DNA of 64,000 nt from Prevotella sp. Its GTDB lineage: Bacteria > Bacteroidota > Bacteroidia > Bacteroidales > Bacteroidaceae. This document shows, one piece after another, positions 25,901-34,666 of the stretch. Numbering within the stretch: position 1 is the stretch's first letter; each line of letters starts with the position of its first letter. The notes under the pieces were generated by a model, which made no database searches, was not told the DNA's origin, and saw nothing but the letters and a program-made list of their open reading frames with translations. Position numbers and translations under genes: made by a program. The stretch is from the NCBI GenBank assembly GCA_017412145.1, contig JAFPYO010000025.1, positions 12,378 to 76,377 of the forward strand, read 5' to 3'.

Positions 25901-27456
25901 GCATCAAGTCGCTCAACACGACCTATACCCTGCGAAATGCCGCCGTTTCGCTCATTCCCGACGAAATTCTATTCCGCAACGACACGATTTTCGACGCACA
26001 CGGCCACATCGGCATCGTCAATGGTGCGCTCCACCACAAAAGTCTGACGAATCTGAGTTACGATTTCGACATCGAGGCGCAGGAATTGCTCGCCTACGAC
26101 TTCCGCGATTTTGGCAGCGACACCTTCTGCGGAACGGTCTATGGCACGGGCAACTGCACGATTCGCGGACGCGATGGCGAGGTGGTCATCGATGTCGATG
26201 TGACGCCCGACGAAGGCTCGGAAATCCGCTACAATGCCTCATCGCCCGATGCAATTAGTTCGGGAGAATTTGTCACGTGGAGAGAACGTTCAGAAGTCCA
26301 ACTTCAGAGCCTCATCACCCAACACCCAACACCCAACACCCAAGAAGAAGTGCCCGAACAGAGCACCGACATTCGCCTGAATTTCCTCATCAACGCGAAT
26401 CCTAGGGCCACGCTGAAGGTGATTATGGACGCGGCGACGGGCGACTACATTGCGCTCAACGGCGACGGCGTGATTCGTGCGACCTACTACAACAAGGGCT
26501 CTTTCGATATGTTCGGCAACTACAACGTCGATCACGGCATCTACAAACTCACCATCCAGAACGTCATTAAGAAAGATTTTCAGTTCACGCAGGGTGGCAG
26601 CATCGTCTTCGGTGGCGACCCCTACAATGCCGCACTCAACCTGCAAGCCCTCTACACCGTCGTCGGCGTGCCACTGTCCGACCTGCAACTCGGCAAGTCG
26701 TTCACCTCGAACAACATCCGCGTGAATTGTCTGATGAACATCACGGGCACGCCCAACCAGCCGCGCGTCGATTTCGCCCTCGATATGCCGACCGTCGGAA
26801 CCGATGCGAAGCAGATGATTTTCAACGTCATCAATTCCGAGGAGGAAATGAACCAGCAGGTGCTCTACCTGCTCGCTGTCGGACGCTTCTACAACCAAGG
26901 CACCAACAATGCCTCGACCGACGGAACCGAACAGCAGAGCCAGACCTCGCTCGCGATGCAGAGTCTGCTCAGTGGCACCATCTCACAGCAACTCAACAAC
27001 GTGCTTTCGAGCCTCGTCAAGAACCGAAATTGGAACTTCGGAGCCAACATTTCGACGGGCGACCAAGGCTTTTATAATGCTGAGTACGAGGGACTTCTCT
27101 CGGGTCGATTGCTCAACAACCGCCTGCTCATCAACGGCGAGTTCGGCTATCGCGACAACCCCAACGCCACCACCTCGTTCATCGGCGATTTCGACCTGCA
27201 ATACCTACTCCGTCCGAGTGGAAACCTCGCCATCAAGGTCTATAACCAGACCAACGACCGCTATTTCACCCGAAATTCGCTCAACACGCAAGGCGTCGGC
27301 ATCATTTGGCGAAAGGATTTCAGCGGTCTGCGCGACCTTTTCGGCCTTCCTGCCAAGAAAGAAAAGCCCGTCGAGGAAGAAAAATCGCCTTCCGAACCCG
27401 AAAACGAACCCAACGACACCACAAACGTCCAGCCAATCGACATTTTGGAGCCGTAA
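22951..27456 (+). CDS. Translocation/assembly module TamB-like (AsmA/DUF490-like) protein
   Basis: About 1500 aa; N-terminal anchor IALWTVIGLLIAVVVLL; long beta-rich body; C-terminal GEFGYRDNPN...DFDLQYLL...LAIKVYNQTNDRYF; start uncertain (22903-22951). Confidence 0.6.
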   Translation: MRKISNIALWTVIGLLIAVVVLLRVPTVQHFIGSKTADALSEKLGTEVSVGRVDLGFLNRITIDDVNIRDQQGEPLLKASRLSAKIDYLALLKGKIVVTSAQLFGMNANLYQQTADAPHNFQFALDSLASKEPSDDSPLDLCIHSLIVRRGSVAYHKRYVAPVSGEFSPAHIEVSDISAHAILNALKDDSLNVNLKKLTFNEKSGLRVKNLSLKTIANREAAQLSDFALTTAESDVKISELNATYQHRNDTLDLASLQFNGKLEPSRITLWELEPFTRFGHDIQTPFLVTSSFSGTASSVKVNSLDIRSSDNQFLFSGNGSFSSKSGQTQWLADVHRLNASEQSVKTLTKGIELPEEVHRLGNISFEGKAGGTAQNLTATGSLQTDAGNAKLNFVKNGRNFNGNLESDGLNLQRILDNDELGELATHIAVDGQLPTGTSPLALKAKGTVSRFDFKNYSYKNIELDGNFQNGIFDGKIDVDDPNAQLSAVGKIATKNFVADLNAKVRQLKPSALHLSDDWGDANFQFDLSANIAGKQLNNAVGEVNIENFEMVSSDRQFAFDRLNLSATNTHDGHNLSLESDFADVKVEGQYDYQTLAQSFTNLVSSKLPTLPGLPKYSPSTRNNFRISANITDSEWLDDLFGIPLTLRQPMRVEGIIDDRNHQLDLEARLPHFIYNDSEYRDAILNITTPDDTLRTHAAISRISDNGNQLRLTLEADAADNHLVTALHFENDALHTMKGVLNADAQFFRTAEGKDAAHVDIHSSDITIGNTVWTVEPGTIVYSKNDLTIDHLAISNDRQHLIIDGRGSENAADSLIAELQDIDVEYILDLVDFDAVKFSGKATGKAFVTHLFGTPEAAAKLDVAEFRFEDGRMGTLSATARLNNEAKQIDINAIANDTIAPQAPNVLQMGMFPVNTLVNGYVSPQRNELELFIRPNKARGEFLESFCGSFMRDVDLQVTGNLRLYGALDDLNLTGGVAASGSVGIKSLNTTYTLRNAAVSLIPDEILFRNDTIFDAHGHIGIVNGALHHKSLTNLSYDFDIEAQELLAYDFRDFGSDTFCGTVYGTGNCTIRGRDGEVVIDVDVTPDEGSEIRYNASSPDAISSGEFVTWRERSEVQLQSLITQHPTPNTQEEVPEQSTDIRLNFLINANPRATLKVIMDAATGDYIALNGDGVIRATYYNKGSFDMFGNYNVDHGIYKLTIQNVIKKDFQFTQGGSIVFGGDPYNAALNLQALYTVVGVPLSDLQLGKSFTSNNIRVNCLMNITGTPNQPRVDFALDMPTVGTDAKQMIFNVINSEEEMNQQVLYLLAVGRFYNQGTNNASTDGTEQQSQTSLAMQSLLSGTISQQLNNVLSSLVKNRNWNFGANISTGDQGFYNAEYEGLLSGRLLNNRLLINGEFGYRDNPNATTSFIGDFDLQYLLRPSGNLAIKVYNQTNDRYFTRNSLNTQGVGIIWRKDFSGLRDLFGLPAKKEKPVEEEKSPSEPENEPNDTTNVQPIDILEP
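26316..26343. repeat. Perfect (CACCCAA)x4 heptamer array, in frame in tamB-like CDS
   Basis: cacccaacacccaacacccaacacccaa; G-free 26310-26343; encodes TQHPTPNTQ. Confidence 0.9.
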
Positions 27457-27522
27457 ATCTTAAATTTTATTAAATCGACCATTTCCACACCTTAATTATA
27501 ATATTATGTGAAAAAAATTTCG

Positions 27523-27530
27523 TAATTTTG
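27523..27530 (+). promoter_or_regulatory. -7 box (TAATTTTG) for rpsA
   Basis: TAATTTTG about 67 nt upstream of ATG 27597. Confidence 0.45.
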
Positions 27531-27596
27531 CAGCCGTTTTCAATAAACATAAAGTCTAACTTTATCAATTACAAACTTTTTTATTTAATTAAATTT

Positions 27597-29369
27597 ATGT
27601 CAAATCTAAAAAACATCGAACCGCTGCAGGACTTCAACTGGGAAGAATTTGAGCAGGGTTCAGCAGTCGGCGCAAGCCGCGAAGAGCTTCAAAACGCTTA
27701 CGACGAAACCCTCAACAAGGTGGCCGACCACCAAGTCGTTGATGGCACTGTGACCCACATCGACAAGAAGGAAGTAATCGTGAACATTGGTTACAAGAGC
27801 GACGGAATCATCTCCGCCTCGGAATTCCGCTACAACCCCGATTTGAAAGTCGGCGACAAGGTGGAAGTTTATGTTGAAACCGCTGAGGACAAGAAAGGTC
27901 AGCTGGTGCTTTCGCACAAGAAGGCACGCCTCTCGAAGAGCTGGGATCGTGTGAACGAGGCTCTCGAGAAGGAAGAAATCGTCACGGGTTACATCAAGTG
28001 CCGCACGAAGGGCGGTATGATTGTCGATGTGTTTGGCATCGAGGCATTCCTGCCCGGCAGCCAGATCGACGTTCACCCCATCCGCGACTACGACGTGTTC
28101 GTGGGCAAGACGATGGAGTTCAAGATTGTGAAAATCAATCAGGAGTTCCGCAACGTGGTTGTCTCTCACAAGGCACTCATCGAGGCCGAGTTGGAGGCTC
28201 AGAAGAAGGAAATCATCTCGAAACTCGAGAAAGGTCAGATTCTCGAAGGTACGGTCAAGAATATCACCACCTACGGCGTATTCGTCGATTTGGGTGGCGT
28301 AGATGGACTCATCCACATCACCGACCTCAGCTGGGGCCGCGTCAGCGATCCGCACGAAGTCGTTGCCCTCGACCAGAAGATCAACGTCGTGATCCTTGAC
28401 TTCGACGACGAGAAGCGCCGCATCGCCCTCGGTCTGAAGCAACTCACGCCGCATCCTTGGGATGCTCTCGACAGCGAACTGAAGGTGGGCGACCACGTGA
28501 AGGGCAAGGTTGTCGTGATTGCCGACTACGGTGCATTCGTCGAGATTGCCCCGGGCGTCGAAGGTCTGATTCACGTCAGCGAAATGTCGTGGAGCCAGCA
28601 CCTGCGTTCGGCACAGGAATTCCTGCACGTCGGCGACGAGGTGGAGGCTGTCATTCTGACGCTCGACCGCGAGGAGCGCAAAATGTCGCTCGGCATCAAG
28701 CAACTCAAGGAAGATCCGTGGGAAGCCATCGAGAACAAGTATCCCGTTGGTTCGAAGCACACGGCGAAGGTCCGCAACTTCACGAACTTCGGTATTTTCG
28801 TCGAACTCGAAGAAGGTGTCGATGGTCTGATTCACATCAGCGACCTGTCGTGGACGAAGAAAGTGAAGCACCCCAGCGAATTCACGCAGCAAGGTGCCGA
28901 AATCGAGGTTGTCGTGCTCGAAATCGACAAGGAAAACCGTCGTCTCTCGCTCGGCCACAAGCAGCTTGAGGACAATCCTTGGGACACCTACGAGACGCTC
29001 TACACCCCGGGCAGCGTCCACACGGGCAAAATCACCGAAATGATGGACAAGGGTGCCGTCATCACGCTGAACGAAGGCGGCGAAGGCTTTGCCACGCCGA
29101 AGCACCTCGTGAAAGCCGACGGTTCGCAGGCTCAGGCAGGCGAAGAACTCGAGTTCAAAGTCATTGAGTTCGTCAAGGAGACGAAGCGCATCATCCTTTC
29201 GCACAGCCGCACATTCGAGGAGGCAAAAGAAGAGCCGAAGAAGGCCGCTCCGAAGAAGGCTGCACCGAAGAAAGACGCTGCTCCCGCCATCCAGAACGTA
29301 GCCGCCAGCACCACGCTCGGCGACCTCGACGCACTGGCCGAACTGAAAGCGAAGATGGATCAGGAATAA
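27597..29369 (+). CDS. rpsA: 30S ribosomal protein S1
   Basis: Six S1 OB-fold repeats (recurrent G.V...t.fGaFV.l..gv.GLiH.Sd/e.sW pattern); start MSNLKNIEPL. Confidence 0.9.
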   Translation: MSNLKNIEPLQDFNWEEFEQGSAVGASREELQNAYDETLNKVADHQVVDGTVTHIDKKEVIVNIGYKSDGIISASEFRYNPDLKVGDKVEVYVETAEDKKGQLVLSHKKARLSKSWDRVNEALEKEEIVTGYIKCRTKGGMIVDVFGIEAFLPGSQIDVHPIRDYDVFVGKTMEFKIVKINQEFRNVVVSHKALIEAELEAQKKEIISKLEKGQILEGTVKNITTYGVFVDLGGVDGLIHITDLSWGRVSDPHEVVALDQKINVVILDFDDEKRRIALGLKQLTPHPWDALDSELKVGDHVKGKVVVIADYGAFVEIAPGVEGLIHVSEMSWSQHLRSAQEFLHVGDEVEAVILTLDREERKMSLGIKQLKEDPWEAIENKYPVGSKHTAKVRNFTNFGIFVELEEGVDGLIHISDLSWTKKVKHPSEFTQQGAEIEVVVLEIDKENRRLSLGHKQLEDNPWDTYETLYTPGSVHTGKITEMMDKGAVITLNEGGEGFATPKHLVKADGSQAQAGEELEFKVIEFVKETKRIILSHSRTFEEAKEEPKKAAPKKAAPKKDAAPAIQNVAASTTLGDLDALAELKAKMDQE

Positions 29370-29394
29370 AAATCCACAACGATTCGATAACGAA

Positions 29395-29430
29395 AATGGC
29401 TCGTTTTACAAAAAACGGGCCATTTTTTTG
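29395..29430 (+). terminator. Rho-independent terminator after rpsA
   Basis: aatggctcg / cgggccatt stem (one G-U) followed by TTTTTTT. Confidence 0.5.
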
Positions 29431-29462
29431 ACCATTTTTTTGCACATATCGAAAAAACTTTG

Positions 29463-29470
29463 TAATTTTG
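29463..29470 (+). promoter_or_regulatory. -7 box (TAATTTTG) for rho
   Basis: TAATTTTG about 80 nt upstream of ATG 29550. Confidence 0.45.
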
Positions 29471-29549
29471 CAGTCGGTATTTACACCAACAGCGTGTTTC
29501 TCCTCTTGAAACACCTTGTATCATTCACAATTTTCATATCAAAATACTT

Positions 29550-31547
29550 ATGTATTACAAGGACGATTTAATGCAAAAAGATATCGCCGAATTGGCTGAT
29601 ATTGCCAAAGAAACTGGTGCCGACGCAAGCATCAGCGACAAAGAAACTTTGGTCTATGACATTCTGGAAAAACAAGCCAGCGCAGAGGCTGCCAAAAATC
29701 CACTCGGCGGCAAGAAAAAGCGCTCGCGCATCGTGAAAAAAGACACCGACCACGTTTATACCGTCAGCGGAAAAGAGGGCGAAAACCTCGACACGAAGAA
29801 GAAAAAGGCCAACGCCATCGAGCAAGTGCCGCTGTTCAAGGAAGACGCCCCCACCAGCCTCGAAAAAACGGAGGAACCTGACGACGAAACCACCGATTTT
29901 GAGGTTGAAAAACCGATGGACGACGCAACACCGTCGCTCGAGGAAATGGAGCAGGAACTGGCCGCCCTGTCGAAGCATAGAGGACGCAAATCGAAGAAAG
30001 AACTCGAACTGATTGCCGCCATCGAAGCCAAGAAAAAGGCACTGCAAAAAGACGACGACCAGAGAGTGAGATGGGAAGTCGTGGAAACGAGACCCGAAGA
30101 CATCGAACCCTACGCGCCCGAGGCCGATTTGGCAACCTTGAAAACGAACGGAAACGATGGCGAGAACGAGAATCTGCTGGCACAGTTGCAGGCAAAAATC
30201 AATGCCCACAACGAAACGAACCAAGTCGGCGAAACCACCAATGAAGTGTGGGCAGGCGACCCGGGCGACGGCACCGATTTCATCACCGTTGTCGATATTC
30301 CCATCGAAGACCACGGCGCACTGCCGACCTACGACATTTTCGACAATCCGACGATTCGCGTGCAGCAGCCCGTTCAGCCGATGCAGCCGATGGTCAGTCA
30401 GCCGTCGGAAGGCTCGAATTTCAACTTCGACGACCTCATCAAAGCCAACGGCGTACTCGAAATTATGCCCGACGGCTATGGTTTCCTGCGTTCGAGCGAC
30501 TACAACTACCTTTCGTCGCCCGACGACATCTACGTGGCCAACAACCTCGTGAAACGCTACGGCCTGAAGACTGGCGACGTGGTGCAATGCACCGTGCGAC
30601 CGCCACGCGACGGCGAGAAATACTTCCCGCTGACCAACATCGAGAAAATCAATGGCCGCGTGCCCTCGGAAGTGCGCGACCGCATCCCCTTCGAGCATCT
30701 CACACCGCTCTTCCCCGAAGAAAAATACACGCTCTGCGGCGACCCGAAGACCACGAATCTCTCGACGCGCATCGTCGATCTCTTTGCGCCCATCGGAAAG
30801 GGTCAGCGTGCCCTCATCGTCGCCCAGCCCAAAACGGGTAAGACCATTCTGATGAAGGACATCGCCAACGCGATTGCCGCCAACCATCCCGAAGCCTACC
30901 TGATGATGCTGCTCATTGACGAGCGTCCCGAGGAAGTGACCGATATGGCTCGCACCGTCAAAGCCGAGGTCATCGCCTCGACCTTCGACGAGCCCGCCGA
31001 GCGTCACGTAAAAATCGCTGGGATCGTACTCGAAAAGGCCAAGCGAATGGTCGAATGTGGTCACGACGTTGTGATTTTCCTCGACTCCATCACGCGCCTC
31101 GCACGCGCCTACAACACGGTGGCTCCGGCCTCTGGAAAGGTGCTCACGGGCGGTGTCGATGCCAATGCACTGCAAAAACCGAAGCGATTCTTCGGTGCTG
31201 CCCGTAAAATCGAGGGTGGCGGCTCGCTGACCATCATCGCAACCGCCCTCATCGACACAGGTTCGAAGATGGACGAGGTGATTTTCGAGGAATTCAAGGG
31301 TACTGGCAATATGGAACTGCAACTCGACCGCTCGCTGTCGAACAAGCGCATTTTCCCGTCGGTCAATCTCGTGGCCTCGAGCACGCGCCGCGACGAACTC
31401 CTGCAAGACAAGACGACGCTCGACCGTATGTGGATTCTCCGCAAGTACATTGCCGATATGAACCCCGTCGAGGCGATGAATACCATCCACGAGCGGATGG
31501 AACGCACCCACGACAACGAGGAATTCCTGCTGTCGATGAACTCGTAA
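29550..31547 (+). CDS. rho: Transcription termination factor Rho with long N-terminal insertion
   Basis: CSD-like [14 protein letters not shown], Walker [19 protein letters not shown]; about 250 acidic/low-complexity residues inserted after the N-terminal helix bundle. Confidence 0.95.
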   Translation: MYYKDDLMQKDIAELADIAKETGADASISDKETLVYDILEKQASAEAAKNPLGGKKKRSRIVKKDTDHVYTVSGKEGENLDTKKKKANAIEQVPLFKEDAPTSLEKTEEPDDETTDFEVEKPMDDATPSLEEMEQELAALSKHRGRKSKKELELIAAIEAKKKALQKDDDQRVRWEVVETRPEDIEPYAPEADLATLKTNGNDGENENLLAQLQAKINAHNETNQVGETTNEVWAGDPGDGTDFITVVDIPIEDHGALPTYDIFDNPTIRVQQPVQPMQPMVSQPSEGSNFNFDDLIKANGVLEIMPDGYGFLRSSDYNYLSSPDDIYVANNLVKRYGLKTGDVVQCTVRPPRDGEKYFPLTNIEKINGRVPSEVRDRIPFEHLTPLFPEEKYTLCGDPKTTNLSTRIVDLFAPIGKGQRALIVAQPKTGKTILMKDIANAIAANHPEAYLMMLLIDERPEEVTDMARTVKAEVIASTFDEPAERHVKIAGIVLEKAKRMVECGHDVVIFLDSITRLARAYNTVAPASGKVLTGGVDANALQKPKRFFGAARKIEGGGSLTIIATALIDTGSKMDEVIFEEFKGTGNMELQLDRSLSNKRIFPSVNLVASSTRRDELLQDKTTLDRMWILRKYIADMNPVEAMNTIHERMERTHDNEEFLLSMNS

Positions 31548-31574
31548 GCGAGAGCGAAAAATACACAAAAAACG

Positions 31575-31606
31575 AAAAGCCTTCCGAAGTGGAAGGCTTT
31601 TGTTTT
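31575..31606. terminator. Hairpin terminator between rho and tRNA-Asp (possibly bidirectional)
   Basis: aaaagccttcc / ggaaggctttt perfect 11-bp stem, then gtttt. Confidence 0.7.
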
Positions 31607-31607
31607 G

Positions 31608-31681
31608 CGGTGCGTACGGGACTCGAACCCGTGACCTCCTGCGTGACAGGCAGGCATTCTAACCTACTGAACTAACGCACC
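31608..31681 (-). tRNA. tRNA-Asp (anticodon GTC)
   Basis: Reverse strand GGTGCGT-TA-GTTC-AGTAGGTTA-GAAT-G-CCTGC-CTGTCAC-GCAGG-AGGTC-ACGGG-TTCGAGT-CCCGT-ACGCACC-G folds as cloverleaf; CCA not encoded. Confidence 0.9.
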
Positions 31682-31700
31682 ATTTTTCTGATTGCGGGTG

Positions 31701-31708
31701 CAAAGGTA
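31701..31708 (-). promoter_or_regulatory. -7 box (TACCTTTG on minus strand) for tRNA-Asp
   Basis: caaaggta on plus strand 20 nt upstream of tRNA 5' end. Confidence 0.45.
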
Positions 31709-31768
31709 ATGTAATTTTTTCTTTCCACCAAATTTTTACGACGTTTTTTTATCTTTTACCGCAACTTT

Positions 31769-32278
31769 TTACAAAATTTTCTGCAAAAAGACGGCTTCGC
31801 GGTAGTTTTCGCCGTCGAAAAGCCAGTCTGTGAGCCGCGATTTCTCCTCGAAACCAACCTGACGGAAAAGTTGCAGCGATTCGTGGTTTTTGGCATCGAT
31901 AATGACGTAAACCTGGTGCAGATGCAGCGATTTTTTCGCATAGTCGAGCATTTTTTTGATGGCGGCCTTCCCGTAGCCCTGTCCGCGAAAGGCTTGTTTG
32001 ATGACGATGCCCAACTCCGCCCGACGATGCTGTGGCTCAAAATTGACCAAATCAACGAGGCCAACGACCTGTTTTTCGGCATTCTCAACGACGAGGCGCA
32101 ACTGACGGTCGGCATAGATGTCGGCCTGCTGACGGGCGATGTATTCGTGCAGCGCATAGCGCGAATACGGCACATTCGTCGCACCGACGTTCCAGATGTC
32201 ACGATCGTTTTCGATGGCGTAGAGTTCGTCAAGGTCCTCGGGCTCCAAAGGTCGCAATTTCGTTGTCAATTCTGTCAT
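31769..32278 (-). CDS. GNAT family N-acetyltransferase (RimJ/RimL-like)
   Basis: Acetyl-CoA motif FRGQGYGKAAIKKML; 169 aa. Confidence 0.75.
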   Translation of the reverse strand: MTELTTKLRPLEPEDLDELYAIENDRDIWNVGATNVPYSRYALHEYIARQQADIYADRQLRLVVENAEKQVVGLVDLVNFEPQHRRAELGIVIKQAFRGQGYGKAAIKKMLDYAKKSLHLHQVYVIIDAKNHESLQLFRQVGFEEKSRLTDWLFDGENYREAVFLQKIL

Positions 32279-33456
32279 TTCAGGATATTTTCTGCGGTGA
32301 TGATCATATTGTTTTCGGGTAAGAATGTGCCGATTTTCACGTTATCAAGAGGCTTTTTCGAGAACGATTCGAGAATTTCCTCGAAGCGGTAGGCGCTCGT
32401 GTCGTAAACGGTATAAACAGGGCGATCCGTGGGTATTTCCAACGACAAATGACCGTCGGGAACGACCTCGAAATATTGTGCTTCAAGTCCTTTGTCTACG
32501 GCGATTTTCCGACATTTTTCGAGGTTTTCGGCAGTTGCGATGAAAAGGTAGAGCGGTTGTCGCGCCCGATGGTGATCGACGAAGCCTAGATAGCGCCGAA
32601 GTTTGCCCATTTGAATCTGAAGAAGCGTCGTGAAAGCCTTGCCGTAAATCGTAATTTGGATGGGCAGGCTCAGCAGCAGGCTCATCTGCGAATAGTGTTT
32701 ACGGAAGAATATGAGCATCGCCTTATAAAAAACGTGGACGTAGCGGAACGACGATTTTTCGGTGCTCTCGCCCTTGTAATGCAGGATTTTCGCGGGCAGA
32801 TACCAATTTTCATAGCCGCCTTTCAGCAAGCGATACGACAGGTCGATGTCCTCGCCGTACATAAAGAAATTTTCGTCCAAAAGGCCGATTTCGTCGAGTG
32901 CCTTGCGACGCAGCAGGCAATAGGCACCGCTGACAACCTCGATTCGGGCAGCCTCGTCCCACGACAGATAGCCCATGTAATATTGTCCGAAACGCCGATG
33001 CTGAGGGTATCGGGCGCAGAGTCCGACCATCTTGTAGAACGCCACCATCGGCGTGGGGAGTCCGCGTCGCGATTCGAGGGCATCGCTGCCATCGGTTTTC
33101 AGCATTCGCACACCCAAACCGCCAGCCTGCGGGCGTTCGTCCATAAAATCGAGGCTCTGGCGAATGGTCTGCTCGCCGACGAAAGTGTCGGGGTTCAGCA
33201 GCAGCACAAACTCGCTCTCGGTCTGGCGAATCGCGAGGTTGTTTGCCCGTGCAAAACCGAGATTTTGAGGACTCGCAATGACCTTGATTTCGGGGAATTT
33301 CTCACGCAAAAAGTCCACCGTTCCATCGTCAGAATGGTTATCGACAACGCAAACCTCGGCATCGATGCCGACAAGCGCACGCCGAAGCGAGAGCAGGCAC
33401 TGGCAAAGATAGTCCTTCACCTTGTAGCTGACGATGACAACGGTGATTTTCTTCAT
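32275..33456 (-). CDS. Family 2 glycosyltransferase with C-terminal extension
   Basis: VVIVSYKVKDYL...VVDNHSDDGT...LLLNPDTFV (GT-A DxD context); 4-nt overlaps with both neighbours. Confidence 0.8.
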   Translation of the reverse strand: MKKITVVIVSYKVKDYLCQCLLSLRRALVGIDAEVCVVDNHSDDGTVDFLREKFPEIKVIASPQNLGFARANNLAIRQTESEFVLLLNPDTFVGEQTIRQSLDFMDERPQAGGLGVRMLKTDGSDALESRRGLPTPMVAFYKMVGLCARYPQHRRFGQYYMGYLSWDEAARIEVVSGAYCLLRRKALDEIGLLDENFFMYGEDIDLSYRLLKGGYENWYLPAKILHYKGESTEKSSFRYVHVFYKAMLIFFRKHYSQMSLLLSLPIQITIYGKAFTTLLQIQMGKLRRYLGFVDHHRARQPLYLFIATAENLEKCRKIAVDKGLEAQYFEVVPDGHLSLEIPTDRPVYTVYDTSAYRFEEILESFSKKPLDNVKIGTFLPENNMIITAENILK

Positions 33457-33872
33457 GGTTCGACCTCGGTTTCGCAGCGTTTTTTACTCGGATAGACGAA
33501 AAACAGGCACAAAAACAAGATGACGGCCATGATGCCAAAAGAATTGTCGGCGAAAAGGTAGTAAAACAGCGTGTTGAGCATCATCGGGATGAGAAGCATG
33601 TCGAGTCGGATGGTTCCCCATTTGATGTGTGCTTCGTCGCCATGTTCGGCGATTTGCTGTTTGACCTTCTTGAATTTGAACAGCCTCAACGCCAGTGGAA
33701 TCAGGCAAACGACGGCCAATTCCATCACCGTGAGAAAAACAAATTCCATTCCCTTGTCACCCTGCCATGCACCGACGGGCAACCAGTTCATTTCACCTGC
33801 GAGGGCGACTCCCAAAGTCAAGAGAATGCCCGTCGCAAACGCTGTCATGAGTATTTTCTGTACGCGATTCAT
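33453..33872 (-). CDS. Small integral membrane protein, unknown function
   Basis: 139 aa with about four hydrophobic segments; overlaps GT2 start. Confidence 0.5.
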   Translation of the reverse strand: MNRVQKILMTAFATGILLTLGVALAGEMNWLPVGAWQGDKGMEFVFLTVMELAVVCLIPLALRLFKFKKVKQQIAEHGDEAHIKWGTIRLDMLLIPMMLNTLFYYLFADNSFGIMAVILFLCLFFVYPSKKRCETEVEP

Positions 33873-33895
33873 TTTTTATGTTGAATTGTATAATT

Positions 33896-33940
33896 GTTGA
33901 TTTGTTGAATGTTGATTTGTTGAATGTTGATTTGTTTAAT
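33896..33940. repeat. Three tandem 15-mers GTTGATTTGTTGAAT within a 78-nt C-free tract
   Basis: 33871-33948 contains no C on plus strand (G-free leader on mRNA strand of gene starting at 33872). Confidence 0.85.
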
Positions 33941-33982
33941 TGATATTTCTCCTCCCCAGTCGGGGGGAGGTTGGGAGGGACT

Positions 33983-34594
33983 TTAATTGCTAAGCGGTGT
34001 CCGATTCAGAATCGAGCGTCCGAGCGTCACCTCGTCGGTGTATTCCAGTTCGTCGCCCACGCTGATGCCCCTTGCGATGACGCTCAGGCGCACACCCGTG
34101 TGAGCCAGTCGGCGCGAGATGTAGAAATTCGTCGTGTCGCCCTCCATCGTCGAACTCAGCGCGAGAATCACCTCGTCGATACCGCCCTGCTCCACCCTAC
34201 TGACGAGCGAGTCGATTTCAAGGTCGGCAGGCCCCAGTCCATCCATCGGCGAAATGATGCCGCCGAGCACGTGGTAGAGGCCGTTGAACTGCTGCGTATT
34301 CTCCACCGCCATCACGTCCTGAATGTTCTCCACGACGCAAATCTGCGAGCCGTCGCGCCGTCGGTCGCTGCAAATCGGGCACACCTCGCCGTCGCTAATG
34401 TTGTGGCACACGCGACAGTATTTCACCTCGCGTTTCAGCCGCACAATCGCCTCGCCGAAGGCCTCCACGTCCGCCGTCTGCCGCCTCAACAGGTGCAACG
34501 ACAGGCGCAACGCCGTTTTCCGCCCGATGCCTGGCAGTTTCGCAAATTCCGCTACCGCCCGCTCCAATAATGCCGATGGATATTGCTGTTCCAT
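33983..34594 (-). CDS. recR: Recombination protein RecR
   Basis: C4 zinc finger [16 protein letters not shown], Toprim region; ATG 34594 (TTG 34600 lies too close to the -7 box). Confidence 0.9.
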   Translation of the reverse strand: MEQQYPSALLERAVAEFAKLPGIGRKTALRLSLHLLRRQTADVEAFGEAIVRLKREVKYCRVCHNISDGEVCPICSDRRRDGSQICVVENIQDVMAVENTQQFNGLYHVLGGIISPMDGLGPADLEIDSLVSRVEQGGIDEVILALSSTMEGDTTNFYISRRLAHTGVRLSVIARGISVGDELEYTDEVTLGRSILNRTPLSN

Positions 34595-34607
34595 AGTCAA
34601 ATTTTTG

Positions 34608-34615
34608 CAAAGGTA
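34608..34615 (-). promoter_or_regulatory. -7 box (TACCTTTG on minus strand) for recR
   Basis: caaaggta on plus strand, 14 nt upstream of ATG 34594 (very short leader). Confidence 0.45.
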
Positions 34616-34666
34616 CGATTTTTATTTTTAATGATGAAAAAATCGGTCATATTTTCAAATCATTTT

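Noticed and set aside
27660-31568. Very long antisense ORFs, for example 27660-29204 and 29568-31568 on the minus strand. Others occur at 12318-13808, 9016-10287, 42980-44722, 46997-48232, 49666-51096 and 54299-55729.
   Set aside because: Each lies opposite a gene with clear family motifs (rpsA, rho, nadE and others). Their translations are low-complexity and Arg/His/Val-rich with no recognisable motifs. They are typical shadow ORFs of GC-rich coding DNA.
31608-33872. A genomic island integrated at tRNA-Asp
   Set aside because: There is no integrase, no duplicated tRNA 3' end and no compositional break that I could see next to the tRNA.
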